DNA from: Zancudomyces culisetae HAW-14-8
Lineage: Eukaryota > Fungi > Kickxellomycota
NCBI GenBank assembly: GCA_052426225.1
Contig: JBNJNM010000021.1
Span: forward strand, 992,001 to 1,056,000
Reading direction: 5' to 3'
Length of the DNA: 64,000 bases
The position numbers and the translations under genes are program-made. Below, piece by piece: positions 50,171-61,758 of this stretch. The first letter of the stretch is position 1. Each line of letters opens with the position of its first letter. The notes under the pieces were generated by a model. The model worked only from the letters and a program-made list of their open reading frames with translations. It ran no database searches and was not told the DNA's origin.

Positions 50171-52316
50171 ATGGAGAAGCGAGATAAAGCACCCAGTGAT
50201 ACCCTAGATGTTTACATCCTGGACTACAACAATCTACCACAAAAAGCGCATGATTTACATACATCCGGCACTAATGACACATTTATAGATAGCTTTGAGC
50301 TGGAATGTCTGTATCTAACAACGTATATGAGATTTTGTTGCCAAAACATGCAGTGGAACATCAAGACTGTATGCAATTCGAATATCTCCCCAACAGGTAA
50401 CGCAATTGGATTTGATTTGATTTAATTCAATATAATTTAGCTCTCAATTTGAATGTTGCTCTGAATCATTCTTGATGCTAATATTCTAATGATAACAATG
50501 GTGTATGCTTGTAAACTCATTCAAGAAAAAATTAATACATACTTTTGCTTTTAGATTACTTTATCCAGTATTTGTACATTGAGATATTTGTATAACCAAA
50601 TGCTAAAATACGTAGGCAAACTACCAGTATTAAGAGACCAAAATGTTCATTGTGAAGGTGGAATAAACAATTGTATCGAGTATTTGAAAAAACAGGCAAG
50701 CAGTCTATTCCTCTTTTTATCTAGGATCTTACAGAATTTTACACATTTTATGCTTGTTAATTTATACACCTTGTAACAAAAATATTCTACCCATTTACGC
50801 GTAATTAGGGATATGATCTGGATACCAAATTGGCCGATCATGAAAGACCTGAATTTGAAGCATATTCGAATATCATATGGACCGTGTTATATGACGCTCT
50901 TTTGTTCGAGTGGTTTGGTGTAAAAGAAAACTACAGCAAGGGAATCAGACCAATGATTAGAAGCTCTATCCGGGGAAATTTTGTCACCAACAGTTATATG
51001 GAAGATAAGCTATTGAGACTACAAAAATATAATATTGACAATGGGAATAATACTGCCCAACCCACGAACACCGCTAGCGCGGAAAAAAAGAAATTAACAC
51101 CAGAACAGTTTACTGAGGTATTATTTGGCTTGTTTTTTTGAATGTATTAATGTATACAGATAGGGAGTTTAAATATGATAAAATTCTTTTAAGCGAGAGT
51201 GTTCAAGAACCCATCGGATGCCCCTACCCTCGATCCTCTATGTTCTTGACTCTTATTTATTTATTCATTGATTATCCTGGTATTTGGTTTACTTAAAAAG
51301 ATGACTACTAACCAGGCTGCTTTATACAATTATAGTCATTGAAAAAGGCGTTTGACGTAAATAATGAAGGCTTTGGTGATTTTAAACTGCACGAGGTAAG
51401 TACAGCATAACCGGGGTTTACCAAATTTTTTTATTTTGGCTACATCCAAGATCATTTTATTATAAGGAGTAGCAAGATACAGTTCAGAGATATTAACACC
51501 ATACAATTTGTACTACTGGGTAACACGTAGACTCAATCTCTAGCGATAAAATACCTGGGATGTTTGTCGAAACAACTGGGAGATCAAGATTATCTCTTTG
51601 GAAACAAGGCTGGGATAACAAGTTTGGATGCTCTGCTGTATGCCTATTTAAACCTAGTAATGAACATAGATCTAGAAAAGCCAGCTCTGTCAACTATAAT
51701 TAGCATAAAATATCCAAATCTAGTCGAATACTTTTCCAGGCTGAGAGATGTACTGATTCTAAACGAAGCCACCAGAGCAGGGACGACTGTGGGTCCAATA
51801 GGAAAAAGCCTTGGTGAACCAAGCGGTGTCATTGAATTTGTCAAGAATTTTGGAGTTATGGTGAGAAGCTCAATATCCGAAACCAGCAGTGCGGTATCTA
51901 GGCTTGCCACAAGGATCAAAACGATAGTCAAAACAAAAGATCGTGGTATTTCACTCTCATCTCATGGTCTAAACGATGCAGAATTTACGAAAAGGTATAG
52001 ATTCGTTATGGGTTCGGTCTATGCTGCGTTGCTGTATATTGCTGCAAATAAACTATTTCTGCCACCCGAGCCTCCAAAACGGCTTCCACCACCACCAGAA
52101 ATGCTCCAACTTTCCTCAGCAAGTGATCTTATGAGACAGTTGTTTTCGGCTGAAGGCAACGATGGTGTTTTGGAGGACCTTAAATATGGAAAAGATACAT
52201 CTGGTGCGTACAGAAAGGGGGATATCGAAATAGAACTTGATTCTGATGAGTATGATGAGGATCTCTTAGACGAGGAATATGATGACGACCATGACGATTT
52301 TGACATCGAGTCATAA
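50171..52316 (+). CDS. Metaxin/Sam37-like mitochondrial outer-membrane protein (GST-like fold, C-terminal TM)
   Basis: Exons 50171-50396, 50616-50695, 50809-51117, 51336-51395, 51531-52316. SFELECL..YMRF, SPTGKLPVL, IEYLKKQGYDLD, LYDALLFEWF..ENY, LSKQLGDQDYLFG..TSLDALLYAYL, YPNLVEY. Confidence 0.85.
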
Positions 52317-52481
52317 TTACTGATTATCTTTTTCTTTTCTATCATATAAAAATTTTACTTTTTATTCAGCTTAAACAAGATTATTCTTTACTAGATATAC
52401 GAGAGATAGGGAAAAGAAATAAATAAAAAAAAGTGAAATGAAATGAAAAACAGGAGGAATTGATGTTTATTATCTATGGGT

Positions 52482-53264
52482 TTATTTCTTCTTTGCGTCC
52501 TTCTTCTTGATGGTTTCGTCATTTACAAATATTCCCTTTTGTTTATATGGTTCTGGCTTCTTCAGCTTACGGACCTTGGCAGCAAACAGCCCGATTTGTT
52601 GCAAATCCAAACCTCTAACAATAATTGATGTAGGATTAGGAACTTGGACCGTCAACCCCTCCGGAATTTGGATATTAACGGGATGTGAGTATCCCAGCCT
52701 TATCTGTAACACCTCCTCTATTTCGTCCTCGATAATAGCACCGCTTGAATCCCTTCTTACATGTTTTACTTTTCGTTTTGGATCTTGAGTCTTTGGAATA
52801 GTGAGAAGAACTTCTGATTTGGGCATCTTTTCCATACTTGCCCTATACCCAGTTCCGACCATCCGCAAATGCGTGATAAATCCTTCAGTTACTCCTGTTA
52901 CCATGTTGTTGATTAATGCTCTAGTGGTACCCCACATTTGTCTGTGCTCTTTAACGCCCTGGTTTACTGCCGACACTGTCAATATCCCTCCCGCCGAATC
53001 TTCATTCTCTTGGCCACTGGATTTGCTGCCATCTTTGGATTGTTGTTGATTTTGGATCTGTTCAATTTCGATTTTAACATTTGGTGAAATCCCCATTTTT
53101 AATTCTCCAAGCGGTCCTTTTACCTTTAGGGTTGTAAATTTCGGCATATCGGGTCGGTACACCTCTTGGGCATGGATGATCTCGACTTCTTTTCCATACT
53201 TGATTGGCATTTTGCCAATATGCGAGTTTACTCTCGTTAGCGTTTTGAATCCTCGTTTGAACAT
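52482..53264 (-). CDS. MRPL6: Mitochondrial ribosomal protein uL6m
   Basis: SHIGKMPI, VKGPLGEL, MWGTTRALINNMVTGVTEGF, MVGTGYRA, RLGYSHP, PEPYKQKGIF. Short presequence. Confidence 0.94.
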   Translation of the reverse strand: MFKRGFKTLTRVNSHIGKMPIKYGKEVEIIHAQEVYRPDMPKFTTLKVKGPLGELKMGISPNVKIEIEQIQNQQQSKDGSKSSGQENEDSAGGILTVSAVNQGVKEHRQMWGTTRALINNMVTGVTEGFITHLRMVGTGYRASMEKMPKSEVLLTIPKTQDPKRKVKHVRRDSSGAIIEDEIEEVLQIRLGYSHPVNIQIPEGLTVQVPNPTSIIVRGLDLQQIGLFAAKVRKLKKPEPYKQKGIFVNDETIKKKDAKKK

Positions 53265-53778
53265 TTCGTTTTGTCTCGTATCGTTATATATCTATATTTG
53301 CACTTTTATCCTTTCTCTGTTTTTTCTTATTTAGTATACCTCTGCTTTTGTATATAATTACCCTCAACTTGATTTCTAGCAAAGATTTATGATAATGGCA
53401 ACAAAAGCTAAGCTGCTTTTTGGGTGAGGCATCAAAATTGTTTTTTGCATCCCCTTTATCAATTTTTTCTCTTCCTGATTTGCTGTCTATCCGTTCTGAG
53501 CAGGCAAGATAGTTTTACCAGAAAAGTAGTTTGATTTGGCGATCAAATGATACAAAAAAAAATTTTTTTTTTACCAACCAAGTATGATTGTTTATTTTAG
53601 AGCTGTTGTTTGAAGTATTCACCCAAACCTAAAGCTTTAAAATCTAAATGAAGTATGGATAATGAAGCATGTCAAAATATATTGAAAAAGTAGGTGAAAA
53701 ATGGGTGAAAGATCTCATGGCTCTGGCAAAAGAAAAAAAAAGAAAAAAAAGATACCCTTCCCCTCCTAAATAATTATA

Positions 53779-56700
53779 CTATTCTTCATCAGAATCATCC
53801 TGCAAAAAGTAATCAATATCGGTGTTGGGAGTATCAACTCCAGCATCACCCTTTGTAGTAGTATGCGCAGGCAACGATCCAGAAGCATCAGGGTTGGTGC
53901 TGTAGTCAGGTTGGGCGACCAAGTCCAACTCCTGTTCTAATTCGCCAATGGCGCTGGATGAAATCGAACAGGTTTCATTTTGAAGCGAGCTAGTGTTATC
54001 CTTAGTTTGTGAAACCTTTTCCCCGTCTTCCACTAACGCAGCAAGTTTATCTAACTTTTGCCTCTGAGGGAGAGGTGGAGGTGCAGTATTCAGTTTTTCA
54101 AGACTGGCAATGGGAGTGGCAGTAGGGGTCGAGGTGGGAGTTGGGGATGGTTTGGTTCCGCTTTGGTTAAGTCCTGAATCAACGCTTTGTAGATAGGGAG
54201 TCATACTCTTGCCTTCATAAATCAATAGGTTTTCTGGATTTCCATCATGAGAGATGGTAGCAGCAGCGGCAGATGCGGATTCAGAAACAGCTAAACTAGA
54301 GTGGGAAGTTTGCTGGGTGGGAATCAAAAGCTCTGTCTCGATAAATTCAGAAATATTAGATACTTGTCTTTGATCAGAGGTAAGGTGCTTTTGAACAGGA
54401 GAATTGGTGGTAGTATTTTCGACATCAGAAAGCCTCTTTTTCAGGTTTAGCACATTTAAATAATCAAAACTCGCGCGAGGAGAAGTTGTCTTTGGTTTGG
54501 AGCTTTGTCTGAAGATGGGCTGTGCCGAGCTGAATAGTTTTCCAAGTTTAGAGATTTGGAATGAACCAGTGGAGAAAGAGGTGTTGGGAGGATTACTATT
54601 TGTGGCCTCGGTATAGCCACTGAGAGAACTGGCCGGGCCTGGTGGAAATGCTGATGTCTTTGAATAGCCGCTGTTTTTTCCGGTTTGTGAATCGTTACTT
54701 GCATTGCTGTCACTGTCAACATATTGCAGTGAAGAGGATCTGGAAATGTGGGTGTATGGCATATTGGTTGTGAAATTCATGTTTGTTCGAGTCGAAGTTA
54801 TGGGATCGAGAATCTGATCATAATAAAGAATCATGTCACTAAACAATTTTTGGGGATGTGTATCATACGACGCTCGGATGGAGTGTGAATGGGGTCGCAG
54901 AATCACATCACCTACTTTTTGCGATATTTGCTGGATGAAACCCAACCTACCATCGTCATCAAGTGCATCATGTCCCTCTGTAAGCATTATAAAGTGGCTT
55001 GCCAACGCTTTTACTGTTGAAATTGCCGCTGGGCTCAATGCACTCAGTAAGTTGGATAATGTTTTGGCTTTGGATTCGATACTAAACTCTTTTACCGAAT
55101 ACAGAGCCTTTATTGGCTCATACAAATCTCTGCTCAACAAACAATCTGGCAATTCCAGCAAGTACAGGATCAATGTGTTTGCGATTACATTGGTGTCGTA
55201 GTTTCGAAGTGTTTTCAGGGTTATTCGGTGTCTATTGTTTATTTCTGCTCTTAACATGTGTACTTTAGCCAGATTCATAGTAGATGTCCATATTGAGTAT
55301 CTATCCCTGTGGTCCAAATCCCTTGTTCTCTTTTTTATCGCACTCAGACACTTGGCAACAACAAGTGGTTCAGTTTTGGTGGATATTATCATCTGCTCTT
55401 CTAGCGACGTCCCGAAAATCTGGAAGTCTGTTTGTTTTCCTACTGCTAGCATAAACAGCTTTGGCCGTGGCCAATACCGTCCAACACCTTGCTGCTCTAC
55501 TGTTAATCGCAGATCTTGTTCCGGTTTGATTGACTCCTCGTATACCTGCATCCGATCGCATACTGCTACCGACGAAAGCACACACTGTGTAGCTGCCTTT
55601 ATGTACTGCTTCATTGAGATTCGAATGTTTGTCAGTCTGTTCAGTTCCCATGCCTCCATCATCTCGTAAAACTCCATCAAATCGTCTTCAAATTCCACTC
55701 GCAACTTTTCGAATGTCTTGACATTCTCTTCATATGTCTCCTCTGCCTTTTCAATTTCATCTTCGAGACTATCTTTGCTCTGAATCGACATTTTTAATCC
55801 CATAAACCAACTTGTGGCTCTATTTCCTTGGCTAGAATCCGCCCTGTACCCGTCAACCCCCACTGCTGGTAATTTCTTTTCAACCTCCCTCTTTTCGATC
55901 TCCCTCCTTTCGTTACTCCTTTCCGTTTCCCTTTGCATTTTGTATACGATCGCTTTGTTTTTCCACTGATAATACGACGTTGCTTTTGGAATAAACTCGC
56001 TACCCCGCCCCATACATCTTAAATATCCATCTGCAACCAGCCCTTGACATACATCCAATATTTCATCGTCAGTTTTCAACATCTCTTCATCCCCACCTTC
56101 TTCTCCCATCTCCTCTTCAACACCCCCTCCTTGTTTTGCACCTCTTATTCTTCGTCGCGTATTGTTCTCTGCAAACCACATTGCCAAATCCTCACCGTTC
56201 ACTAGCCCCCTCAAGGTACCCAAAATACCATACTTAACCTCTCGCTGTGGGATCTCTGCCATCAATCGCTTGATCATTCCTCCGAACTCTTCTTCTGTAA
56301 GAACAAGCGGTCCCACAAATATCTTTCTTGCCTGGACCTCGTCATCCTCCACCCTATTCAGCACCTCTTCTTCGTGTTTATCTTGTCCCTCTGCCTCTGA
56401 TTCTACGTCTTCGTCTTTTCTCCCTCCCTCGCTCTCTTTGTCACTCCCTCTCTCATCTTCCCCCTCCTTTTCCTCTTTTTCTCCCTCCTTGTTTCCAAGC
56501 TTTCCCGATTTTTCTTTATCACCATACCTCTTCTTGATACTATCAATCTCCTTCTTATTTCGTGAAGCCCCACCTCTATCTGGTATTTTCGGAACCATAT
56601 TAGCTCTGTGTACTCCTTCTTTTCTCTCCATACGCTCTACCAATTCAATTTTTTTGAAATAATCTGCTCTCGCTTTTTCTGCCTTCTTGTCAGCCAGCTG

Positions 56701-57117
56701 CAACGACTTTTGGTGCTCCATGATCTTTTTGCTTCTACTTGCTATTCCCTCCCTATGTTCTGCGACAAAAGTCGAAAAGTTTCTTATAATATCCATCTTT
56801 AGTTCCTGCGCAAACTGTGCATGAAGGGTTCCATAGTTTCTCACTTCTGTTTGCAATCCCTCAAATGCTCGTTTCATGCTTGTTCCTCCTTCATCATTTC
56901 CGAATCCATTATCGATAAACGGTCTGTCCGCTAGTCTCTGTAGTGCATCGGCGTACTGCTCCTCGATCAACATTCGATCTCTCAAAAAATTCAAAACCTC
57001 ATCGCACTCGGTCCTACCCTGTTCCAATTTTTCACACAGCTGTTTGGGTCCCCGGTTGTACACCGAACCGGTGGGTACCCTTGGATCCTCCCAAAATGCA
57101 TCCTTGAAGGTGGGCAT
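53779..57117 (-). CDS. F-BAR + DEP + RhoGAP protein (Rgd2/Rga8 family)
   Basis: 1112-aa ORF. FCH start FKDAFW..LCEKLEQGRTECDEVLNFLRDRMLIEEQYA; DEP-like CQGLVADGYLRCMGRGSEF..YYQW; WELNRL; IFGTSL..PLVVAKCL..YLLELPDCLL. Confidence 0.88.
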   Translation of the reverse strand: MPTFKDAFWEDPRVPTGSVYNRGPKQLCEKLEQGRTECDEVLNFLRDRMLIEEQYADALQRLADRPFIDNGFGNDEGGTSMKRAFEGLQTEVRNYGTLHAQFAQELKMDIIRNFSTFVAEHREGIASRSKKIMEHQKSLQLADKKAEKARADYFKKIELVERMERKEGVHRANMVPKIPDRGGASRNKKEIDSIKKRYGDKEKSGKLGNKEGEKEEKEGEDERGSDKESEGGRKDEDVESEAEGQDKHEEEVLNRVEDDEVQARKIFVGPLVLTEEEFGGMIKRLMAEIPQREVKYGILGTLRGLVNGEDLAMWFAENNTRRRIRGAKQGGGVEEEMGEEGGDEEMLKTDDEILDVCQGLVADGYLRCMGRGSEFIPKATSYYQWKNKAIVYKMQRETERSNERREIEKREVEKKLPAVGVDGYRADSSQGNRATSWFMGLKMSIQSKDSLEDEIEKAEETYEENVKTFEKLRVEFEDDLMEFYEMMEAWELNRLTNIRISMKQYIKAATQCVLSSVAVCDRMQVYEESIKPEQDLRLTVEQQGVGRYWPRPKLFMLAVGKQTDFQIFGTSLEEQMIISTKTEPLVVAKCLSAIKKRTRDLDHRDRYSIWTSTMNLAKVHMLRAEINNRHRITLKTLRNYDTNVIANTLILYLLELPDCLLSRDLYEPIKALYSVKEFSIESKAKTLSNLLSALSPAAISTVKALASHFIMLTEGHDALDDDGRLGFIQQISQKVGDVILRPHSHSIRASYDTHPQKLFSDMILYYDQILDPITSTRTNMNFTTNMPYTHISRSSSLQYVDSDSNASNDSQTGKNSGYSKTSAFPPGPASSLSGYTEATNSNPPNTSFSTGSFQISKLGKLFSSAQPIFRQSSKPKTTSPRASFDYLNVLNLKKRLSDVENTTTNSPVQKHLTSDQRQVSNISEFIETELLIPTQQTSHSSLAVSESASAAAATISHDGNPENLLIYEGKSMTPYLQSVDSGLNQSGTKPSPTPTSTPTATPIASLEKLNTAPPPLPQRQKLDKLAALVEDGEKVSQTKDNTSSLQNETCSISSSAIGELEQELDLVAQPDYSTNPDASGSLPAHTTTKGDAGVDTPNTDIDYFLQDDSDEE

Positions 57118-59261
57118 TCTTTCTCTCTTATTATTTTATTAATTATTTTATTGAGTATTCTGATCTTGATTGTCTGTATTCTTTGCAAGTTCTAAAATTT
57201 ATTCCGTCGGCTAGCCTCTTTCTGTATGATCGCCTCACGGATATATCATATCACACACGCCCTTTTAACTTATATTCCTACTTGATTTACACTTGCGCAG
57301 GCGGCTTTTTTTTTCTCTTTGCATTTAAATCCTTCTCTAATTTTTTTTTGTTGTTTGCTGGGCATATTTATTCTCGGCTTAATAGTTCTCTGGTCTATTT
57401 TTAATTTGGCTGCTTTCTCTTAGGTTATTTGAGTGAAAAACACTTGCCTTTTAGCTAACAAGTATCAATAATACCCAATATGTACAAATAATGAATCAAA
57501 GCTCGTTTATTTTTAACTCAATCAACCTTGATTTTGCGAAATAGCTCCTTTCATTTGACCTAAATCCCTTGCCAAACCTTTATTTTATTTCATTTTATTT
57601 TATTTCATTTTACTTTACTTTACCGCCATTTATTTTGAGTAAGAGCATATGAATCAATCACATTATCTTCAATCTTGGTATACTCTGGCCGCAAGTATGA
57701 ATTGACGCATTTTTCCCTGGCTTTATTTCCAGAGAAAATTAATACCAAATAAAATATAATAGGTGTGCTATCATTGACCAAGCTTTGTTTTCCCTAAACT
57801 ACTGTAACCAATTACAATATATACATACACATTTATCTATATAAAAAACGATACTCCTAGCGACATTTTGTTATAAATAAAAAAATGCCTGCACTCAGAA
57901 AACGACGACAGTATTATTGCATTCTTTAAAATAAACGCAGTATCTAAAAATTGAAGAGGACCCAGACAAGTGCTGTGTTATTGATATTTCTCTATCCTTG
58001 TTATGGCTACTTGTTGAAATCCCGGATAGTATGTCATTGGGAACGGAGTTGAGATGTGTTTATGGCCATAAATACTTGGTTCGTCTTTCTTAGCGTTACT
58101 ACCAGTATTACCACACAAAAAAATAAACATTGAGTAACTTTCTCACACATCGTTCTAGACATCACTCATTCTTTTGTCTCTTTGCCCTCTTGCCCTTCTA
58201 CTAACTTGAAATCCCCTAAAGTTGCATCACCCAAAATGTAATAATGAAACTCGGTTTAAAAGTAGGCAATTAGTTCACAATCTGTGGATTTTAGCACAAT
58301 TTCTTCATGAAATATCATCATTGTCTTTAATATTTTCAAGATCTACACCTACATTGGCGCATGAAACACAAACTCAAAAACAAACGGAGCTACCTTCGCT
58401 TTAATGTGTGTAGTGATGATGGATCAGTGTTTGTTATATATTTTTGATAAAAGGGTATTGGAATTGTTGGTTGGTGTTTTCATGATTTTGTTTTACAAAA
58501 GTCACTTTTATTCTTACACCCTTGCTTGTGTTGAAAGTAATTTAATATAGGCTGATATACAACCAGAGATCAAATTTAAACAAAGCTGAATAACAAAGCT
58601 GAAATAGCCCTCCCCCCCCCCCTCTTCTCCTAAAAAAAGCTATTATAATGTTTCTTTATTTAAAAAGTCAATATCAGAGGTATCTACAAAGGACAAATTG
58701 GGGTGGGGGAGGAGTCATGAACTAAACAGGGGAACAACCGAAATCAGACCCAAAACCAGTTGATCTTTTTAGTAGGTCAAACTTCTTTCACTCCCTATTG
58801 TGATTAAGACGAGTTTCTTCATGCAACATGTTTGAAGAAAAAAAAAGGATCTAAAGCAACCGGATTCGTGAAACAAAACTAAGCAAGTAGTCATGCTTTG
58901 TGGTGTACGATTTTTGGTTCTCAGATATAGCCCATACTCCTTTGCACAAAATTGGCAATGTAGTGAAAATCCTAATACCAAGCAAAAATATATTAAAAAA
59001 ATCAAGGATCTCATATTGCGAGAAAGATGGGAGAGAAAGTGATAGTGAGAGACAAAGTGAAATTTGGAAAAATAGAACAAAAAAGGAAATGACAGAGTTT
59101 TTTTCCATGTTTTACACGGTTGCCATATGTCTTCCTTGTTGGTTACAGTTTAAAATCTTTTAATTCCTATCCCTCCCTAACAGCAATAATCTGAAAATTA
59201 AATAACAAAATACAAATACATGATGGTCATACACGCAAGCATTTATTATTCTCTCAGCAAC

Positions 59262-59850
59262 ATGACATACCCTGCTCTCAGACCCACAGATAATAAAAAA
59301 AATAGCACTGATACAAAAGTAGAGATAGAAAACGCATGTGATGTCGGAACATATCGCAGCCACACACTGTTCAATCTATGGGGAGTGAGAATATCGGTAA
59401 CTATTTTTACCATGTTCAGCATCTGTATCACCTCGACAGCTATGCTTGTGTTTGCATACTTGCTGTACAGTCTCACCACCAAGCCTTCAGCACAGGGTAG
59501 CATACTGTATAAGGTTTTTGCGGGCCTTGTTGGGGTTTTCCTTTTAGGATATACCTTTACATTTTTATACATGATGATGGTAAGAAACACTTAATTAACA
59601 CTGCAGATGGTAGAATATCTGCGTTTTTGTGCTTGTTTACTTGCATCTCCAGTACCAAGCAATAACGTTACTATACCTCTCTTTCTAAAATTGCTTTTTA
59701 ACGTGCGATTAGCAACTTAATAGTGATGAGATACAACCACCAGACATAAACACAGAGAAAAGTACTTTAGCAGAATCATTTTATGGGTGTCCAGTTCGGG
59801 TACCAATGCGGACTTTCCATCCAAGAGACAGGTGTTATACTGCACTTTGA
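59262..59850 (+). CDS. Small hypothetical two-TM membrane protein
   Basis: ORF with two long hydrophobic segments. GTAAGA donor at 59580 and TTAAC..TTAG acceptor at 59712 give an in-frame last exon 59713-59850. Start uncertain (59220, 59223 or 59262). Confidence 0.5.
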
Positions 59851-60230
59851 AACCAGAACAATCTATGGTAAACTATACCATAGGTTTATGGGGGGGGTAC
59901 AAACCGTTTTCTGTTAAAGCTGAGCTATACATCTACCATTTTCGTGGGTAAAATGTAGTTTTTTCTTCTTCGTATTGATGTGTATGTAGTTTCGAAATCG
60001 CACATGGTTTTTAACACTCTACTTTTGCTTTGGAATTGCAAACCTGATAGTATTGATCTAATGATAAAGTGAAGACTTTTCACCATCTCTAAAGCCCTTT
60101 TCTGTTCAGAAATGCTTAAAGTTTTTTGTAATTTTTTAATAAGAGTCGCATTTATTTAATAATGTACATACACAAGCTAATATTGAAAACCTAAAGCGCC
60201 TCTAATATAAGGTAGATGAAGATGTATATG

Positions 60231-61758
60231 CTACTTTGCTCGGTGTCGCAAGTCATTTTCATCGTTTTTGAGTGTCGACGAACCGGTAGTCGTGCTTTCT
60301 GATGTGATCTTAGAATCAATGGGGGTGGATGATTTGGAATATGTTGCGCTTTCCCTGAAAACATCTTTCATACTGTCATCAGCACTCTCGTTTGAAGGAG
60401 TTAAAGGCTTTTTGAAACCATCTTGAATAGTCTTATTAGCATCTCCGCCTGTATTCGAAGATTCTGCACTGGGTTGGGTGACATGGCTTGAGACATCATC
60501 CTCGTTGTTTGCCTGTAGAGGTGGTACACTCTGGTCAGTTGTGACTGGAACCGAATCCTGCGCACCCGAATCCAAATACTCCTCCGCTCTTGCACCTCCA
60601 AACAATCGTTTTCTATCAGTAGGGGAAAAAAACAGATATTAAAAAGAAGATTATTAATGGAGTAGTTATAGTGATGAATTGAAATAGTTGTTACATGAAC
60701 ATGGGTGCTTCAAGAATTCTGATACCGTTGCTTTCAGGTCTCCGAGGCCATTCTTCGTCAAGATACCACAGAACATGTCCGACTCCAATACCAATTAGAT
60801 CTCTCATTGGGGTTCGTCCAGAAATAATGAATGAAAAGACGGCCATAACCCATGGCAAAAATGGCGCTGAAAATGTAAATAGGCCAAAGAAGCTCAGGAC
60901 TACATATGGGTTCTTTCTGGCCCATATGTATGTAAGAGTGTAATTAAGTATCGAGGCGAGGAATGGATAAAAAAAGAAGCTTGACACGATCTAAAAGTCG
61001 AAATTTAGGCATATTATTAATTTTTGGCTCATACGCCTCATTAGTACATTAAAACTAAATACTCGCGACCCTTCTGCTATATTCTATGAAAGAAAAATAA
61101 CATGTGTAACATGAGGCTTACCAGTAGGGAAACACATGAGATCAGAATAAGCCAAAAGAAATTGGCAGTTTTATTTCTGGTGTACGCATCCTCGACATCT
61201 CTCATGTACCTTACCCTAAAAAGAAAGATTGATGATTTTTCATTTATTTGAATGTTGTGCACTAAAAGGTGCAATTGGCCAAATATTATTCGGAAAGATG
61301 ATTAACGGATGACTTACACAAAGTACATATTGAAAACCCAGTCAAAATCTAGACCTCCGTAAAACAAGAATGTGGTAATCAGCCTCCAATACTATTTTTC
61401 AAATAACAGGGTATTAGATATAAAGCACACACTATGAAAGCAAGGCTAGGCAGGCAATACAAGCATAATAAATATACATTATTCATATTAAAAAAAGCAT
61501 ACTTACTTCTCCTTTATGAAATACTTTGTAAAAGTCATAGTACAATTGAAATCTTGTGACATAGTTAAAGTGCTATTCAGATATGCTGTCGTTTAGTATC
61601 TTGATAAATGAAATATACAATGCTGCGTGATGACAGAATTCTGTTTTACTTTAATTCTATAAACCTACCTCTGCCAGGGTGATTGCAGCCGAAGCTGTTA
61701 AATATACTCTGGTGACCACCGGGATATCAAAGTACCATTGCTCTACGGGATTTGGCAT
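60231..61758 (-). CDS. Derlin (Der1/Derlin-2-like ERAD membrane protein)
   Basis: Exons 61758-61669, 61572-61507, 61391-61318, 61215-61122, 60990-60695, 60612-60231. WYFDIPVVTR, GEYWRLITTFLFYG (WR motif), YIWARKNP, FLPWV, DLIGIGVGHVLWYL (GxxxG). Confidence 0.92.

Noticed and set aside
59580-59606. 27-nt GTAAG..CTGCAG mini-intron, followed later by TAA TAG TGA TGA in frame
   Set aside because: A normal 133-nt intron ending TTAG at 59712 gives a cleaner model; the stop run is then out-of-frame exon sequence.
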